The position numbers and the translations under genes were made by a program. Below are positions 27,571 through 41,989 of a DNA stretch of 64,000 bases, in pieces; the first letter of the stretch is position 1, and the number at the start of each line of letters is the position of its first letter. The stretch covers positions 43,960,001-44,024,000 of the forward strand of contig OZ076413.1 in the NCBI GenBank assembly GCA_964187785.1. The letters are read 5' to 3'. Below the pieces are notes generated by a model. That model searched no databases. It saw only the letters and a program-made list of their open reading frames with translations, and was not told where the DNA came from. This stretch comes from Amphiscolops sp. MND2022 (taxonomy: Eukaryota).

Positions 27571-29606
27571 CTTCATTTTATCTGAAAAACGTACATTTTC
27601 TTTTAAAAAAGAAAATTGCACCGAAAGATCATCTTACCTTTCAATCTCGAAATTGCGATCGGATGAAATAAATAGTGAGGAGGATAAAAAAGGAATGCTA
27701 CAAGAAAAAAGTGGAGTTTGAGAAACTGCTAAATATCTTCAAAAGTGTTTTTGGAAATTTTAGGACAATCATTTTTCAAAAATTAATGGAGAACATGGAG
27801 GAAACTGTCTCCCTTCAAGTATTATCAAATTCAGTCTTCATCTTGAAAACTTATTGGTTCCAAAGCTATCGAAATAAAAATTTTGCAAGGCCCCCAAAAT
27901 ATTGATGATCCAAAAGCTTGTAATACATGAAATGATTTCTGTCTAACTACAAAAAGTCTTCCAATCATCGATATTTTGGACACCTTATAAACTTTGTTAT
28001 TCGCTTGTTTGGAACCAATATATTTCCTGAACGAAAACTCGCGTTCAAAAGATGAAATTCTCCTTTGAAATTTGACTGTGAAAGCCTAAACTTTTAGTAT
28101 ATGTATTTATGAAAAACTTCCAACTTTTTTGAAAAACTTTCAAAGTGAATGACATTTAAAATTAAAGTTTTTTAAAACCATTTTATGCATTTTTGAACAA
28201 TTTTCGAATGCTTTTGTACATCTAAAAACCCACAGAGTTCTACGACAAAAGGCTTAACTTTTAGCACAATATTCATTAGAAAGCTCTGAAGTTTCCAACT
28301 TTCTCGTTGACTTGAGCTCAATGGATATGCTCGAGTCCGTTTGAAAGTCCAGGCGGAAAAATCCCGGTGATTAACTGGCGTCTTGCTCTTAATTTTTCTT
28401 GAAAAGCTTGACTGTGATGACAAATTATTGACAATCTGGAACTTCATAGTCATAACTTTGGGGACCCTGGTTTTTATTAAAAACCTTTGTGTTTCAGAAA
28501 GAAAGAAATGATTCATCTTGAAAAGACATGAAATATTTTGGAAATCTGTCATCCAGTCCTGAAAAACTTGTTTCGATTACAATCTCGAAGTTTGTATTGG
28601 TTGGGGGTTTAATGAAAAATTCCAATTTGTGAGTCTATTTAATAAATTTTGAACATTGCTTTTAATCAGAATTGACAAAAAATACAATTCAGAGACTAGA
28701 ATGAAAGTTCCAAAAATCAAGATTTGGGAAAAAAATGAAAAAAAAACTTTTTGCCTTATGAAGGAGGCTTGACCAAAGTAACTCTATATAAAGTAAAGTA
28801 ATATCTTAAGATATTTACTAGGCGTTTCAAAAAGTTTTGCCACAAAAAGTGTCAGATTCTATAGTTATTTGACTCTTAAAAACTATGGAAAAAGTGGAGA
28901 AAACTAGCGTCAAATGAATAACACGCCTGGGTAATAAAGTTTGAATGATTTGCGCTAAGGTTATTGAAGCTTGAATTGGTTCATTCTTCATTGAACACTA
29001 AATTCTTTGACTCTTTGTGATGTTGAAATCACCAATTTCAAAGTCTTTGTTTTCCTTTGAACCTCAATTCCTAAGACTGAAAGAGTTGCTTTTTTCCTGT
29101 GACCGAACAGATGTACTTGAAAACAACATATCGTTTTGAATGATTTACCATTCTTTCAATGTGAGTAATTTTTGTATTCATGCTTTTGTCGAGTCGGCGC
29201 CGTAACACAACAAATTGGCAAACTTCTCACACTAGTCGCATGAGACTGAACAAAAACCAGAAATGTGTGAAAAGTAAGGTGGAGCGTAAATAAAATCATG
29301 CAGTTGTGAGTTTATCAACAGTCTTTTTGTTCATTCGAGCATTTTGCTTTTCACCGAGCTTTGAAAGTGGAATTGATGGTTAAAAGAACCAGCCAGCCAT
29401 GACATCTTCAAGAGCTGGTAACAGATTTGGAGGCAGCTTGATAAGAAGGCTCCACCATCAATGGAACTCAGAAGTATCTGAGATTATACAACTTTTGCTT
29501 CGGAATTGACAGCTAAACTCTTGACAAGAATTTCATTATTCATTTTTCTCGTCGTTGAACAGTTGAGCCTTCTCTTGAAGATATTAAATTTGAAAATCAG
29601 CGCAAG

Positions 29607-32600
29607 ATGAACAAGTGTCAAAAATTGGCTATTTTGTTACATATCGCGATGTTCGCGCTTCTCCAAAACCAAGCCGGTCTGTATCATAATAAATAACTTT
29701 CAACTTCCTATAGCTCAGGATATTACAGGTTTTGTCTTACCAAGGTCTGTCTTAAAAACCCGGATTGACCAATGAGGTGCAAACATTCCTTTCTATTTTG
29801 ATGACGTCATACAAATTTCACTTAATCAGCCTGATTTCATATTGTATTTTTATAATTTCAGATATTTGTAGTAGAAAAGTATTTTTAATTAAAATATTGA
29901 AAACTAGACTATCAATTTAAATTTAGTTCTGAAAACTTGTAACAAAACTTGACAAAAATTAGTGCAGGGAAGATTTTTTGTTTGCTCAGAATCATCAACT
30001 ATTAAAATTTTGAACCTCACGAAAAACCATGAAGCGGAGTTTTCAGAAGCATAAGGAACCGAGTCAAAAGCTCAGGAACCCTTCAAATTGTCTTTAATAA
30101 CTAATCAACATCAATGAGGAAGAAAGCGGAGGGTTACTATGATTTAGCTTATAGCAGCGCGGTACAAACAATCCTTAAAAAAGGAAATGGCAGAGAGAAG
30201 AACGGAGCTATTTTTTTTTCAAAAAAACAGCCTACAATCTTGATAGCCAACACGATATTTTTCGCAAAACTGAACTGAAAACAGTTTTTGTTTTGTTCTC
30301 TTGGATGTTTCTGGTGAAACTTTTATTCAGTTGAGACCCAAAGGAATGAAAAATTTCTCAAACCACGTTTTTGATTCAAACCCAAAGAAACGTCAGGTCG
30401 AAAAAAGGACCCAAGCCAACACCCTACATTCGAACAAAAAAAGTCAACTGAAATTACCTAAATCAAAAATTGGTTGGTCCGAACGAATTTGACGCCTGTT
30501 CGCAACGAAACAATGTCTAAGGAACAAATCGAAACTTTCCCAAAACACTTAAGTAGACTTTGTTCATAACAGTTAGTATTGGTTTTTAGGAGTGCGGAAA
30601 AAACTTTCGACTACTTATGCAATCGTCTTTTTTTCTCCCGACCCTTCAATGAAAATTTCAAATTTCTCAAAACCTGTCCATACAACTTCCATAAAATTTT
30701 GCACAGTCATTCTACACTTTATTTAAGTCCTATATGTGTAATGGCATCAAAATCGTATTACCGGGATCTGAGAAACATAGCCAAACTTAGCGCAAAAAAG
30801 ACCAAAAACAGCCATCTGGACTTTTTCATTTTATTCAAAAACTGTCCATACTATTCGAACGAAATTTTCTGCAGTCATTCTACACCATATTAGGGTCCTA
30901 TATGTGCAAAGGCATCAAAATCGTAGCACTGGGATCTTAGAAACAAAGCCAAAATTAGTCCAAAAATGACCAAAAAAGAGCCAGTTTTGGACGTTTTTGA
31001 TTTTCTCAAATACTCTTCAAGAACTTTTATGGAGTCTTCTACAGCATATAAAAGCTTAATAAGGTAATTTTCATCAAAATTGTATGACTGGGATTCGAGC
31101 GAGTAAGAAGTAAAAAGACATAAGCCGACTCGTTTAACGCACATGAAGCTCTCGTTTACGCTGTTTCTCCATCGAAAAGACCACTCACAATCCATTCAAG
31201 TTAGCAAAAAAACGGTAATAACTATTCTAGTTTATAACAAGACACCCTCTAAGCCCATTGTATTGCGAAAAAAGCATAGCGAAGGCGACGTACTACTTGG
31301 GGAAGCAGTCAAAATTTCAAGTTCCAGTCCGTGATCGAATCCGGAACCTACTGACTGACAGGTGAACGTCCTACCAACTGGGCCACGGTGACTAAGTTCT
31401 CCTCTACAGTAACTAAAGGGATTATATCACTAAGGTGATTTTGGCACGGTTGAAAAAACGCGACACATATAAATTGGTGAAGGCGGAGAATAATGGCTAG
31501 AGTTTTCAGATGACTACAAAATCACGATGAGTTTGTCATGAAGTTCATGGCAGTAACTCGAAAAGCTCATTATGCTCCTTTTCTGTTCTGTTTGAATGTT
31601 TTTGAGTTTCTTCATGATGATTGCCATATTGGTTCTTTGACTCCTTCAAGGAAATGAAACTTTCGTGCGTTGAATTATTACATCTGAACAAAGAACAGAG
31701 AATATTCTTGCTGAGAGATTCTCAATTACTTCTCAAGACTAAGAAACAAATATCGAATTACCAGCAAACACTGCCGCTAACTAGAAAGTGCTCTTACCAC
31801 AAGCCGACAACTCATCAAAAAAACCATCCACTGGCACTGGGTGGTTTGTCCAAAATATCAGTTCGAGGGGTGAGCCTCGAGTTTTCTGCCCGGTTACCTT
31901 AATCTATCACCTGAAGGAATGAGATTTTGAAGCTCTTTGTATGGTGTGGTTGAAAAATTCATGGAAAAACTGAAGATCAATGCTTTTCACTCGTTCAATG
32001 AAGGTGCTAATTACATAGCACTGATAATTTGAGCCGGTTAAGTTGAGTCTAAGAAATGAACAGACAAACAGATGTATTTATTTAAGTTAAAAGTTGTATT
32101 GCTTTTCTGTAACTTTTGACAAGAATGTGTGTTTTTACAAGGAAACCTATTCCTTTTTTGTAATAGTTTTTTTACGAATTCTCATATATAAACTTCACTC
32201 GACATAATTATGAAAAGCAACACAGGAGAAAAAGAACAAAATCTGATATTCTAAAATAGTTCAAATAATAGCCAACAATATCTTTGAAGATCCAGAAAAC
32301 TGAATGGCACCAACCACAGGTCCAATAAAAAGGGAAAGCTACAAACAATCATATGGCATTTCTTCCTGGAAATTGAAATGGAGAGTTTTGAAAGGCTTTT
32401 GTTCTCTAGCGGCTCAGTGTGCGAATGGAGAAGATGGCTACCCTGGAAACGATGCTCAGAAGTTCGAGCACCCAGACGACGAGGACGAAGACAGAACTGT
32501 GGAGCAGTGTATGGCCTGGGTGAAGGACAACGTGCCCCATGCCACTGCTATGTACCATGACCAACAGGGAAGCTGCATCGCCTACGTCTCTTACGATGGT

Positions 32601-33811
32601 TTGAACGACATAGGCAACGTCGGATCCTCATTCTGCGAATTCTCAGCTAGCACCATGTCCGGTAAGTTCATAAACCAGTATGACCTCAAAAGACCTCTGT
32701 TTTCTATCGAAATTGTGCCGAAATTTTCTCTTTTAAGCATTTGAATTCTACCTTGTTATATTTTTAAGAAAGAATGCCCTGCGTGAAATTGGGTTTTGCG
32801 GTTTTGTTTCGAAAAATATGAAATGTTGGAATCAGAATGACCAACTAAAAACTTGAAGATATGCATCATACATGCAACGGGGGGTCTCTTCTGTGTATAT
32901 CAATACTTAGCAAAACAAACACATCAAATTTAGATGAGCTCGAATATCGCACTAATTAGGCCTTGAGCCAATTACCCAGCTGGATTGATCTCGATTATTC
33001 TAAGAGAACAAGAAGTGTTGAAGCGACCATGGTATAATGTATAGAGCTTTCAGTTGGTGCTGAAGAGCTATCCGGTTCAAACTGCTCTAAACTTTACTCC
33101 TTATTTGAATTAATCTTTGGCGTATTTTTGTATTTTTATGGCCATGCCACTTTTATTCCATGCCACTAAAGAAACAAAAATGAATGTCAGTCTGTTATGA
33201 TATTGCGCAAGTCATTCTGAAAAGACAGTTTTGAGCCGATCATGTTCTCTTGATTGTTTGCAAATATGAAACAAGAGCTTGAGTCCCAGAATTGAAAATA
33301 AATCTTTTGTTACTCTACGTTTTACGGTTGAATTGATTTTTTATCAAATAATACTCGAAGTTTTCTGTGTCTAATCCAAAGTGAGCAAAATTTTTTCCAC
33401 AAAAGGACTAACTTTGTCTGTTAAAGTTCTTTTTTATTTTTATTCACCCTCTGAGCTCGGATATACAATTAACAAATATATTTTGGGAATATCATCCCTT
33501 GTAGTTTGGGAATATTGACGCTTATTGTTTATATACATTTTCGCCTTTTGTTTCCAGAAGCCTTTGGCTCCGAGTGCAAGAAGCTAGTGTTCAACGGCAT
33601 GTTCAAGCCCAACAAATCCACCAAGACTAATCTGGGGTTCTTTGACACCATGGCCGAGTGCATAAATGCTGGCGAGGGTCTGCATGCAGTCCAGTGGCTC
33701 ACAGAGGGAAAGTGTTTTGGATATACTATGGTTAATAGTTATGCACTGTTCGAAGTCCCAGTTTCCACCATGGTATCCTACTCATGTGTCCTTGACGAGA
33801 CAATGGTGTAA
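29607..33811 (+). CDS. Small secreted Cys-rich protein 3 (signal peptide plus two PAN/apple-like domains)
   Basis: Probable signal exon 29607-29676 (MNKCQKLAILLHIAMFALLQNQA, G|GTCTGT). Exon 32410-32661 (RTVEQCMAWVK…AMYHDQQGSCIAY…FCEF, G|GTAAGT). Exon 33558-~33807 (CKKLVFNG…TMAECINAG…AVQWLTEGKCFGY…CVLDETM). Clearly paralogous to gene 2 exon by exon. Confidence 0.65.
31321..31392 (-). pseudogene. tRNA-derived sequence (SINE head or tRNA pseudogene)
   Basis: Minus strand has an A box TGGCCCAGTTGG and a B box GGATTCGATC about 72 nt across. The stems pair poorly. Confidence 0.5.
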
Positions 33812-34377
33812 GTGTGTCCAGGTAAGACCAATTTTACAAAAATTTTATTTAAAAAAAACAGCTCATTCCCGGTTATCCGAACCATTCAAGTTAACTTGTT
33901 TACCCCAACAGTGGTGTACATTTTGTACAAGGTAACCTTATCGGTTAGGAGGTTTTCCATGTCTTCAGCACGTCTGTTAGTGGATCCACTGGGAATTTCA
34001 GGATTATATAAGTTGGCAATTTTGTTGACACGTTCTCTACCAATTATAACTGATGTTTTTGGGTTCTTTCACTGTCTTGGGTTCTCATCAACACGATCTC
34101 GATCTTATGAAGGATTTCCTGAAAATCTTCTCTAGGGTAATTTTAGTCTCATTTTCTATTCTAATGCAAGACGTTTTCGGTTTCTCTCTCACTGAATAGG
34201 GGTTTTAACTCAGGCGGCGCCTAAACGATCTTTCTAGCATTTAGGATGAATTCCGTTCTTGTTTAAATAGAAGTTTTATCTGTTAAACAGAAACATGCAA
34301 ATGTACTTTTCGGTAACCACGCGAAAAATGTTATAACAAAATCAATTTCACGCTAGATATAAAAACCCTTTCCCAGA

Positions 34378-37300
34378 TGTTAAGATCGCTAAATCTAAAT
34401 TTAAAACAGGTTAGGTACAGTAATATCTCTTCAGCTGTATTGCATCTATCTCAAATACATAATGGTGTGGTAATGTATCTTTTACACCATATCAACTAAA
34501 CATAAATAGAGCAGTAGCTAAGTCAGTTGTTTATGAGTTTGTTTGACAACAACACTGTTGCTCTTTTTGGGTTGTGACCTTCGTATGTCACATTCCCCCC
34601 TCTTCATGTGGGTTTGTGATTTGGGGGTTTTGGGGTGTTGGTCCCGTATAATACGGTTGACTTCTTCTTTTGTCCGTATGTTACGGTCTTCCTCTTCTTC
34701 ATTGTTTTGTGGTGGTGTCGTCCGTTTTTCCTGTAACGAATTATGGTTATATTTATTTCTTTTACGGTTATTATTGGTTTGGTAAGGGATACCGCCTAGT
34801 TCATCGGTTTGTTTTGCAAATGGTAGTCTTCTAGACCTTCTTACGGGTGTTGTTCGTTTAGTTATTATGTGGTCGTGGTTTATACCTGTCTCCGGCGATA
34901 GTTTCGTTTCTTTCGGGCGAATTTGTAGTTCGTCGTCTACATTCAAGCTTATTGGTCTGCCTTCACTGTTGTTGAAGCAGTTAAATTCGTCATCTGAGAC
35001 GATGCTCAGGTCTAAGTCCGTCATGTTGCCGGTATTCTTTTGTGGGGAAGTAAATTGTCCCTTCTCATTTCTCGGTTGGTCTTTCCTGCGGATCCAGTCT
35101 TCACTGTTTTCGTGGTTGTTTGGCTTAGGTTCCTTCCTTCTGTAGACACAAGTTGTTTGTGGCTCAGTTGATTTGGAGCAAGACGGTTGTTCCGCAGTCG
35201 TTTGTTGGGTGGTTACCCGTTTCGTCGGTGTTGTATTGTTCTGAAATGATAATGGGTTGGATATTAGTTTTCTGTGTATTACTTTATTTTTATCGGTGGT
35301 AACTGTATGTTTGGTACCCGAAATAGCTGTTTGTAGTTTGTTACTAAGTTTGCTGCCCAGTGAATTCGTTTTGTAGTTCTTTTCGTAAAAAGATAAAGGG
35401 TATTTATTCGTACTGACCGTATTTGGCGGTTTTTTCGTCTGGGAGAAAGTCATCTCCCGTCTGTGCTTTGGATCGGTCGTCTTCTTCTTGGACATCACCA
35501 AGTGGTCGGTGATTTCGCCCGTAGAGCTTCGGGTTATGTACACGGACAAGTCTTTGAATCGGCTGAAATAGCATTTTAGGTTGGTTAATTTCGTTCTGCT
35601 TTTTCGTCCAAAATGGAGTTCGAAAGGTGTTTTTTGTAGTTCAGAATGGGTTGTAAATCTAAGCACATATAGTGCTTTGTCTAAACTATTTCTAAGATTG
35701 GTTCCGTCTTCTAAATTGGCTTTTAGTAGATTCTTCATGGATTGGATGGTTCTCTCAGCCAATCCCGTTCCAGTATATAAGTTTGCTGTACCGTATTTAC
35801 GGGTAATATTGTTTTCATTACAATATTTGCTAAATTCTTTTGATCTGAAAGCGCTTCCTTTGTCCGTTTTAATTGATTTCGGACCGCGTTAAATATTGGT
35901 GTATTCTTTTAGGAATGTTATTACGGATTCATGATTCGTATTTTTACAAATTTTTGCTACCGGCCATCGGCTATTGCTATCAACGGCGATTAGTATGAAG
36001 GGGGAGTGTTCAAAATGTTTACTATTTAGATTTGCGGTGAAATCCATTTGGATTTCTTCGCCTGGGTTTTCCGGCGGTTCTATTTTTGTTTTTTTTTTGG
36101 TACTGGGTATTTGACATTTCAAATTCTTATCGGCGTTCAGGCAGGCAGAGCAGGTTTTTGCTTTTTTCTCAATGTCGGCCCGCATGTTCGCCAACCAGAA
36201 TATGGCTGCATCGCCACGCATCTTGTTGATTCCGGGATGCCCAAAGTGGAGTGCGTTCAGTGCTGCGTATCTGAGGCTTTTTGGGACGATAATTCTGTCG
36301 TCGACCATAGTGATTCCCCAGCGGTGGGTTAATCTCTTTATGATTGGTTTGTAGGCTTCTGGGTCCTGGTTGAGATTGTTGTCTTCGATGCAGCATTGTA
36401 GTTCAATCAAGTCCGGGTCTGCGGCGGTTTCTTTGATTAGGGTTTCAAGATCGAGCATGAAGTCTAATTCTGCCGCTCTAACATTATCTTCTTGCTTTTT
36501 GTTCCTTATGGCTTTGTTTTCTATTACGCGGTTGATGCGTAAGTAGCGTACCGCGATTTCCTCGATTGGCCCGTCTCTAAAATCTTGTACCGGGATAGCC
36601 GGGTATGCGCTGGGTTCTTGGGTTGTGACAGGTTCTTCAGGGATGGAGGAGGCCGTCGACTCGGTCTCTCTATTGGTTTCCATTGGTATTTCTGTCGATG
36701 TGCCGTGTTCTTGGTGTTCCTGTGACGATTGGTCACCAAAGTGTTTGAAATATCCTCCGCCGATATGAGTTATTCGGTGTTCTTCTTTCCGCCTTAGTCG
36801 GAGATCGATTCGTTTTACTTCTTTTTCTCTTCTTCGTCCGGTCTTCTCGGTACTAGAATTTGTCTTTCTAGTTTCTTGTTGTAGTGGTGGCGCATGTTCC
36901 CGGGTTTTGTTAGTGCGATCCGTTGTCTCACTAAGTCTTTGGTTTCCGGCGAATTGTCTTTTCTCTTTATGATTTTCATGATTGTATCATCCGCGCCCCA
37001 ATGGTATTTTAGTCTCCCCTCTTCGTCTCTGGGGTATCTCTCCGGTTCTTGTGTATCTTCGTTGTTGTTGTTGTCCATTGTCTGGTTCTTTTCTAATTTC
37101 AAATGATAATTGTCTGTCACAGTATGGTTAATGTAATTAGCAGTCGTTTGAAAGTTTGAATGATTGTTTGTTTTACTGCAGCGCATACCACTCTGAGTGC
37201 GTCGCGTATCATGCATGACTGCCGTGTTGGAGTGATTTGATTGGTTGAAAATCCGGCCGATGCAGTAATTTGCCGTTGCAAGCTGCGCGATGGCGTTAAT

Positions 37301-40281
37301 CACGAATTCTTCTTTGTAATTTTCTTCCGGTTCCGCTATTTCGGTGGGATTTCTACTGATAAAATCCGTGAATTTAATTTCTTTTCCCGAGGTGTATTTT
37401 AATGTGATGTCGAAATGATTGAGTCTGTCAAGCCACCGGGTTAATCGGGCACTATATTGTTTATTTGATTTATTCTTCTTCAAAAGCGGTTCCAGGGCTT
37501 GATGGTCGGAGAATAAGTGAACTTGTTTTCCGTATAGGTGAAATCTGAACCGTTCTAATCCCCATACTACCGCCAGTAGTTCTAGTTCTCCGACTGAATA
37601 TTTTTTTCTGCGTCGTTAAGGTATCGGCTGGCGAAGGCTATTGGTTTTAGGTCTCCATTGCTTTGTTTCTGCCATAATGCTATTCCGAGACCGGTACCGC
37701 AAGCGTCGGTGGTGACAATGTTTTCTTTATTTCCGTTGTAGTGTGCAAGGCATGGTTGCGAAGTTAGTTCTTTCTTGATTTTGTTGAAACCGGTGTTTCG
37801 TTCTTCTGTCCACTCCCATTTCGTGTTTTTCTTGAGTAATTGTCTCATTTGTCGGTTTTTTCGGATAAGTTTGGAATAATTTTTGCAAAGTATTGGATCG
37901 CCCCCAAAAAGGATTTGAGTGTTTTTGTGTTGGTTGGTGGGTTTAAATTGTTTTTGGCTTCCGTCTTTTCTTTGTTCGGTCTTATTCTATCCTGGGCAAT
38001 AGTGTGTCCCAGCCAGACTGTCTCTTTTAAGTAAAATTTTGACTTTTTCTTGCTCGCCTTGTAGCCTTCGTTTTCGAGTTTTGTGAGTACTGATTCTAAT
38101 TTTTGGGTGTGTTTTTCTTTTGTGCCCCGTGTGACCACTATGATATCGTCTAGCCATACGGGTGTTTCATGTCCGAGCGTACGGTCTATCTTCTCTTGGA
38201 ATTTTGTGGGTATGTCTGCTGGGCCGTAAAATCCTTTTCGGAAACGGTAATATCCATTGACTTTTTCTCCTGTGATTGCGAAGTTGCAATGTTTGCTTGT
38301 TTCGGGCGCTAATTTCATTTGGCCGTATGCATAGTCCAGGTCTATTACGGATATCCAAATTGGGTCGGTATCGTTTTTTGATAATTCCGCGGATATTTGG
38401 TTGAGTAGTTCATCTATGTTCGGCATGTGTGGTCTTTTCTTTATGCAGCTATCGTTCAGTTTTCTGGCGTCTAGTGTGATTTTGACGGATTTGTCTTTCT
38501 TTACCGTAATTACTACGGGTGATACGAAGTAATCTTCTTCGATTGTTTCTAGTCTTTCTGGGTGTCCGGATTCTATTATTCGGTTCAGTTCGTTTTTTAC
38601 ATCTTCTTGCAAATGGTAGGGTATCGGTCGTGCTTTTTGTTGTATTGGGTAGCATCCCGGTTTTATTTTTATTTTGACTTCGGCGTCTTTTATTGTGTGG
38701 TTGGTGTTGAAGAGTTTGTGGTACTTTTTGTATACGCTTTCTGATTGGTTGGTTCCGTTGTTCAATGAGATTTTGTTTATTGTTATTGGCAGTTGTTTTA
38801 ACCAATTTACTCCCAGTAGTGGTGTGATATCGTTTCTTTTGGTGATTAGCATCAGTAGTTTGGTTGATACCCCGTTGTATTCCGCGGTTACCCATGTTTT
38901 TCCCATGAATTTGATTTCGTTTTTGTTTACGTCCTGGTATCTTTCTTTCATTGGTTTGATTTCTTTTGTTTTGTGTTTTTTCTGGTCGTATGGCATGACG
39001 GAGATCCGGTGTCGATGATAAATTTTTGCTTTTTCTCGTTTATTATCATTTCGACGCCGTAGTGGTCGTTGTTGTCGGGTAGTATTTTGTTTATTTGTGT
39101 TATTTGGGGGATTTCTTCGAGTTCGCTTTCTTCTTCTTCTTCTTCTTAACTTGTTTCTTCCCGGTAATTGATACTTCTTTGGTCGTTTCTGTTTTGTTTA
39201 CTGCGGCATATTCGTGCGAAGTGGCCAATTTTCTGGCAATTTTTGCATTTCGCGTTTTATGCCGGGCATGTATGTTCCAATTTTTTTTTCCACAAAATCC
39301 GCAGTTGTTTTTCTTTTGTGTTGTTCTGTCACCGTATTTATCGGTTTTGAATTTTGGTTGTTTTTTTTGGATTGGTTCTTCTTTGATTTCTTTATCTTTT
39401 GCAAGTGCAGCTGGTATGGTAGATTGTTTGTGTCGGCGGTCGTAGCTGTTTTGTGTGATAAGCTCTACTGTGGTTTTCAGGTTTAGGGTCTTCTCGCGGT
39501 AAGTTTCTCCCGAAGTTTTTTATCGGTTATACTCGTGATGAATTTCGATATTAATAGGTCTTCCTGTTTAATATCTTTGAATTCGCAGTTCTTTTCGAGT
39601 GTTATCAGCTTTTTCCAGTGTTCTTCTGGTGTCTCGTTTTCTTCTTGTTTGGCCCAGAAGAAATCCCCGCGGCTATGGTATGTATTTCTTTTGGGCATGT
39701 AGTACTCTGTGAATAGCTGTATTAATTTGTCGGTTGTAATTGAATCTGGATCCGTATTGAATTGCTGACAATAAAATCTTGTCTGATATCTGGTTCTTTT
39801 GTATTCCAGGGGTCTCCGGTTGGTACAGTATCATCCGTTAGTATCGGTTTGATGTCGATGTTATAGATTCTTTTTATGTATTGCCGGAGTCTTTCGGTCC
39901 ACTCTTTGGGTGTATATAATTTCTTGCCGTCTAATCCGGTGTCTTCTAGATATGGTAGTTGTATCTTGGTTGCTACGGCCATTCTAGTATAGTTGTATAT
40001 TGGTAGGGTAGAAAGGGTAAAAGAGGTGAACAAATTTAGTAAAAGTAAATCTTGCTTACTGCGCCATGTTAAGATCGCTAAATCTAAATTTAAAACAGGT
40101 TAGGTACAGTAATATCTCTTCAGCTGTTTTGTATCTATCTCAAATACATAATGGTAGGGTAATGTATCTTTTACACCATATCAACTAAACATAAATAGAG
40201 CAGTAGCTAAGTCAGTTGTTTATGAGTTTGTTTGACACCAACACTGTTGCTCTTTCTGGGTTGTGACCTTCGTATGTCACA
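34378..40281 (-). mobile_element. Full-length but mutated Ty3/Gypsy LTR retrotransposon (5.9 kb)
   Basis: 215-bp LTRs with TG…CA ends at 34378-34592 and 40067-40281 (about 6 differences). 5-bp TSD CCAGA. PBS TGGCGCAGT (tRNA-Ser-like) at 40058-40066. PPT AAGAGGGGGGAA at 34593-34604. Confidence 0.95.
34518..39982 (-). pseudogene. Frameshifted gag-pol of the 5.9-kb Gypsy element
   Basis: Gag fragments 39198-40033, protease FIIDTGSP (~39005-39025), RT WLDD (37845-38996), RNase H TDACGTGLG (37582-37848), integrase HFGHPG…CSAC (35889-36683) and GLAERTIQ (~35760). Multiple frame breaks. Confidence 0.9.
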
Positions 40282-41789
40282 CCAGACACGCTGGAGGAAA
40301 CCCGATGCGCGTATTCCATACCTCGTTCAGTCCCGTGTCCTTCAGTCACGGAAAACTTGTGATCGGGCGCATCTTCCCGCGTTCACTTTCTTCCGCATTC
40401 TCGAAATTGTCCTCTTCTCGCTTTTTAAGACACTAAAAACCGAAATTGAAGACTACGAAATACATAAATATGTGAACATAACGCGGGAATGATTTTGTCC
40501 ATTTTACAATTTCAACGCACAACTTCACTGTACTATCAATGTGAATCTGAGGCACAGCTCCAGGAGTCCTACTTGATTTGATGGAATCTAAAACAACTTG
40601 CATGTTACATCAATTGTATGAGTCAATATTGAGGCAGGGCCGTTCACAAAGGAGTTTACAAATGAAATAGTTTCGCACCTGGTTTATTGTTTATTGTTTG
40701 GAATGGTCTGAGTTTGATATTGGTATAGTTGTTAAAAGTCAAGAAGGCTGAACTTAAAACTTCTGACCTTTTGTCCACACATCTCACTGTCTGGATGGAG
40801 GCGTGACTTCTTGCGTAAAAAGGCGTACAAAGTTCCTGTGGTTGGACTATTTTCGGTAGTACTTTCTAACCGTGTCACGAGGTGCAGAATCAATTCTGGA
40901 TGAATCATTGACTCCCGTCATGACCATGCCGTGTAATCTACTGTTCAAACTGTCATCGATCATCAATCGTTATTTGATTGCGACCAATGCGAGGCTAAAG
41001 CCGAGATCATAGATGAAATGCTGAGAACCAGCTATGATGATCAACCAGAAGTTTTTGGCGATATAAGTTGCTTTTACAGAGCAAAATTAAGACTACAGCA
41101 ATAATCAATTGGCTTCATATTTTTTTCCGAAATTTAGTTTTTGATGTACTTTTTTAAATAATTTTTCTGCCCTGCAAATGCTGTTGAAACGTGTAGCTTG
41201 CATCGTTCCGAATAATTGTGGAAAATAATATTGAAAATATTCACGTCATTCACTATTCATGTCACGAATTACAGTTTTTCGCATCAAGTTATTTTTTGCT
41301 TTCTAAATTTCTGGACATTCATGTAGTGGAAAACACGGATCACCAGAGCGCTCCAGGCTTTAAAAAACACGGTGTGAAATGGCATGATTATGTAGTGATT
41401 TTAAAGCATTCGGAAGCCTCCTTTTTCTTTCGTGATTGTCACCAAATTAGGCGTAAATTTAGCTCAAAATTAGCGTTCTCTGAGTCAATTGCTCGGAGTC
41501 AATTTTTCGGTTTTTGGTATTTTCCGCCCACATATAATGGGGAAGGAAAATCATGATCTCTGATGCATTTTTTTTCCAATTTCTGCCAAATCTCCATCAT
41601 GAAGATCTCCACCCACGTGATTAAAATTGACTTTGTTTAAAATAGTCAAGTAACTAAATAACCTATAGCTGGCTGAGCAGCAGCGCGGTGCTCAGCTATA
41701 TATAGCTTATTCAGTTACTTGACACATTTAGATATACCCACGGTGGTTATAGCTGAGCACCATAGCAGGGCACTGTGGCTGACCACCAT

Positions 41790-41989
41790 NNNNNNNNNNN
41801 NNNNNNNNNNNNNNNNNNNNNNNNNNNNNNNNNNNNNNNNNNNNNNNNNNNNNNNNNNNNNNNNNNNNNNNNNNNNNNNNNNNNNNNNNNNNNNNNNNNN
41901 NNNNNNNNNNNNNNNNNNNNNNNNNNNNNNNNNNNNNNNNNNNNNNNNNNNNNNNNNNNNNNNNNNNNNNNNNNNNNNNNNNNNNNNNN
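41790..41989. other. Assembly gap (200 N)
   Basis: Run of N. Confidence 1.

Noticed and set aside
31321..31392. Functional tRNA gene
   Set aside because: The acceptor and anticodon stems pair poorly, so it is kept only as a tRNA-derived relic.
34543..39486. Plus-strand ORFs overlapping the 5.9-kb element
   Set aside because: Antisense shadows of the A-rich gag-pol strand. They show no splice-linked structure, unlike 49503-54258.
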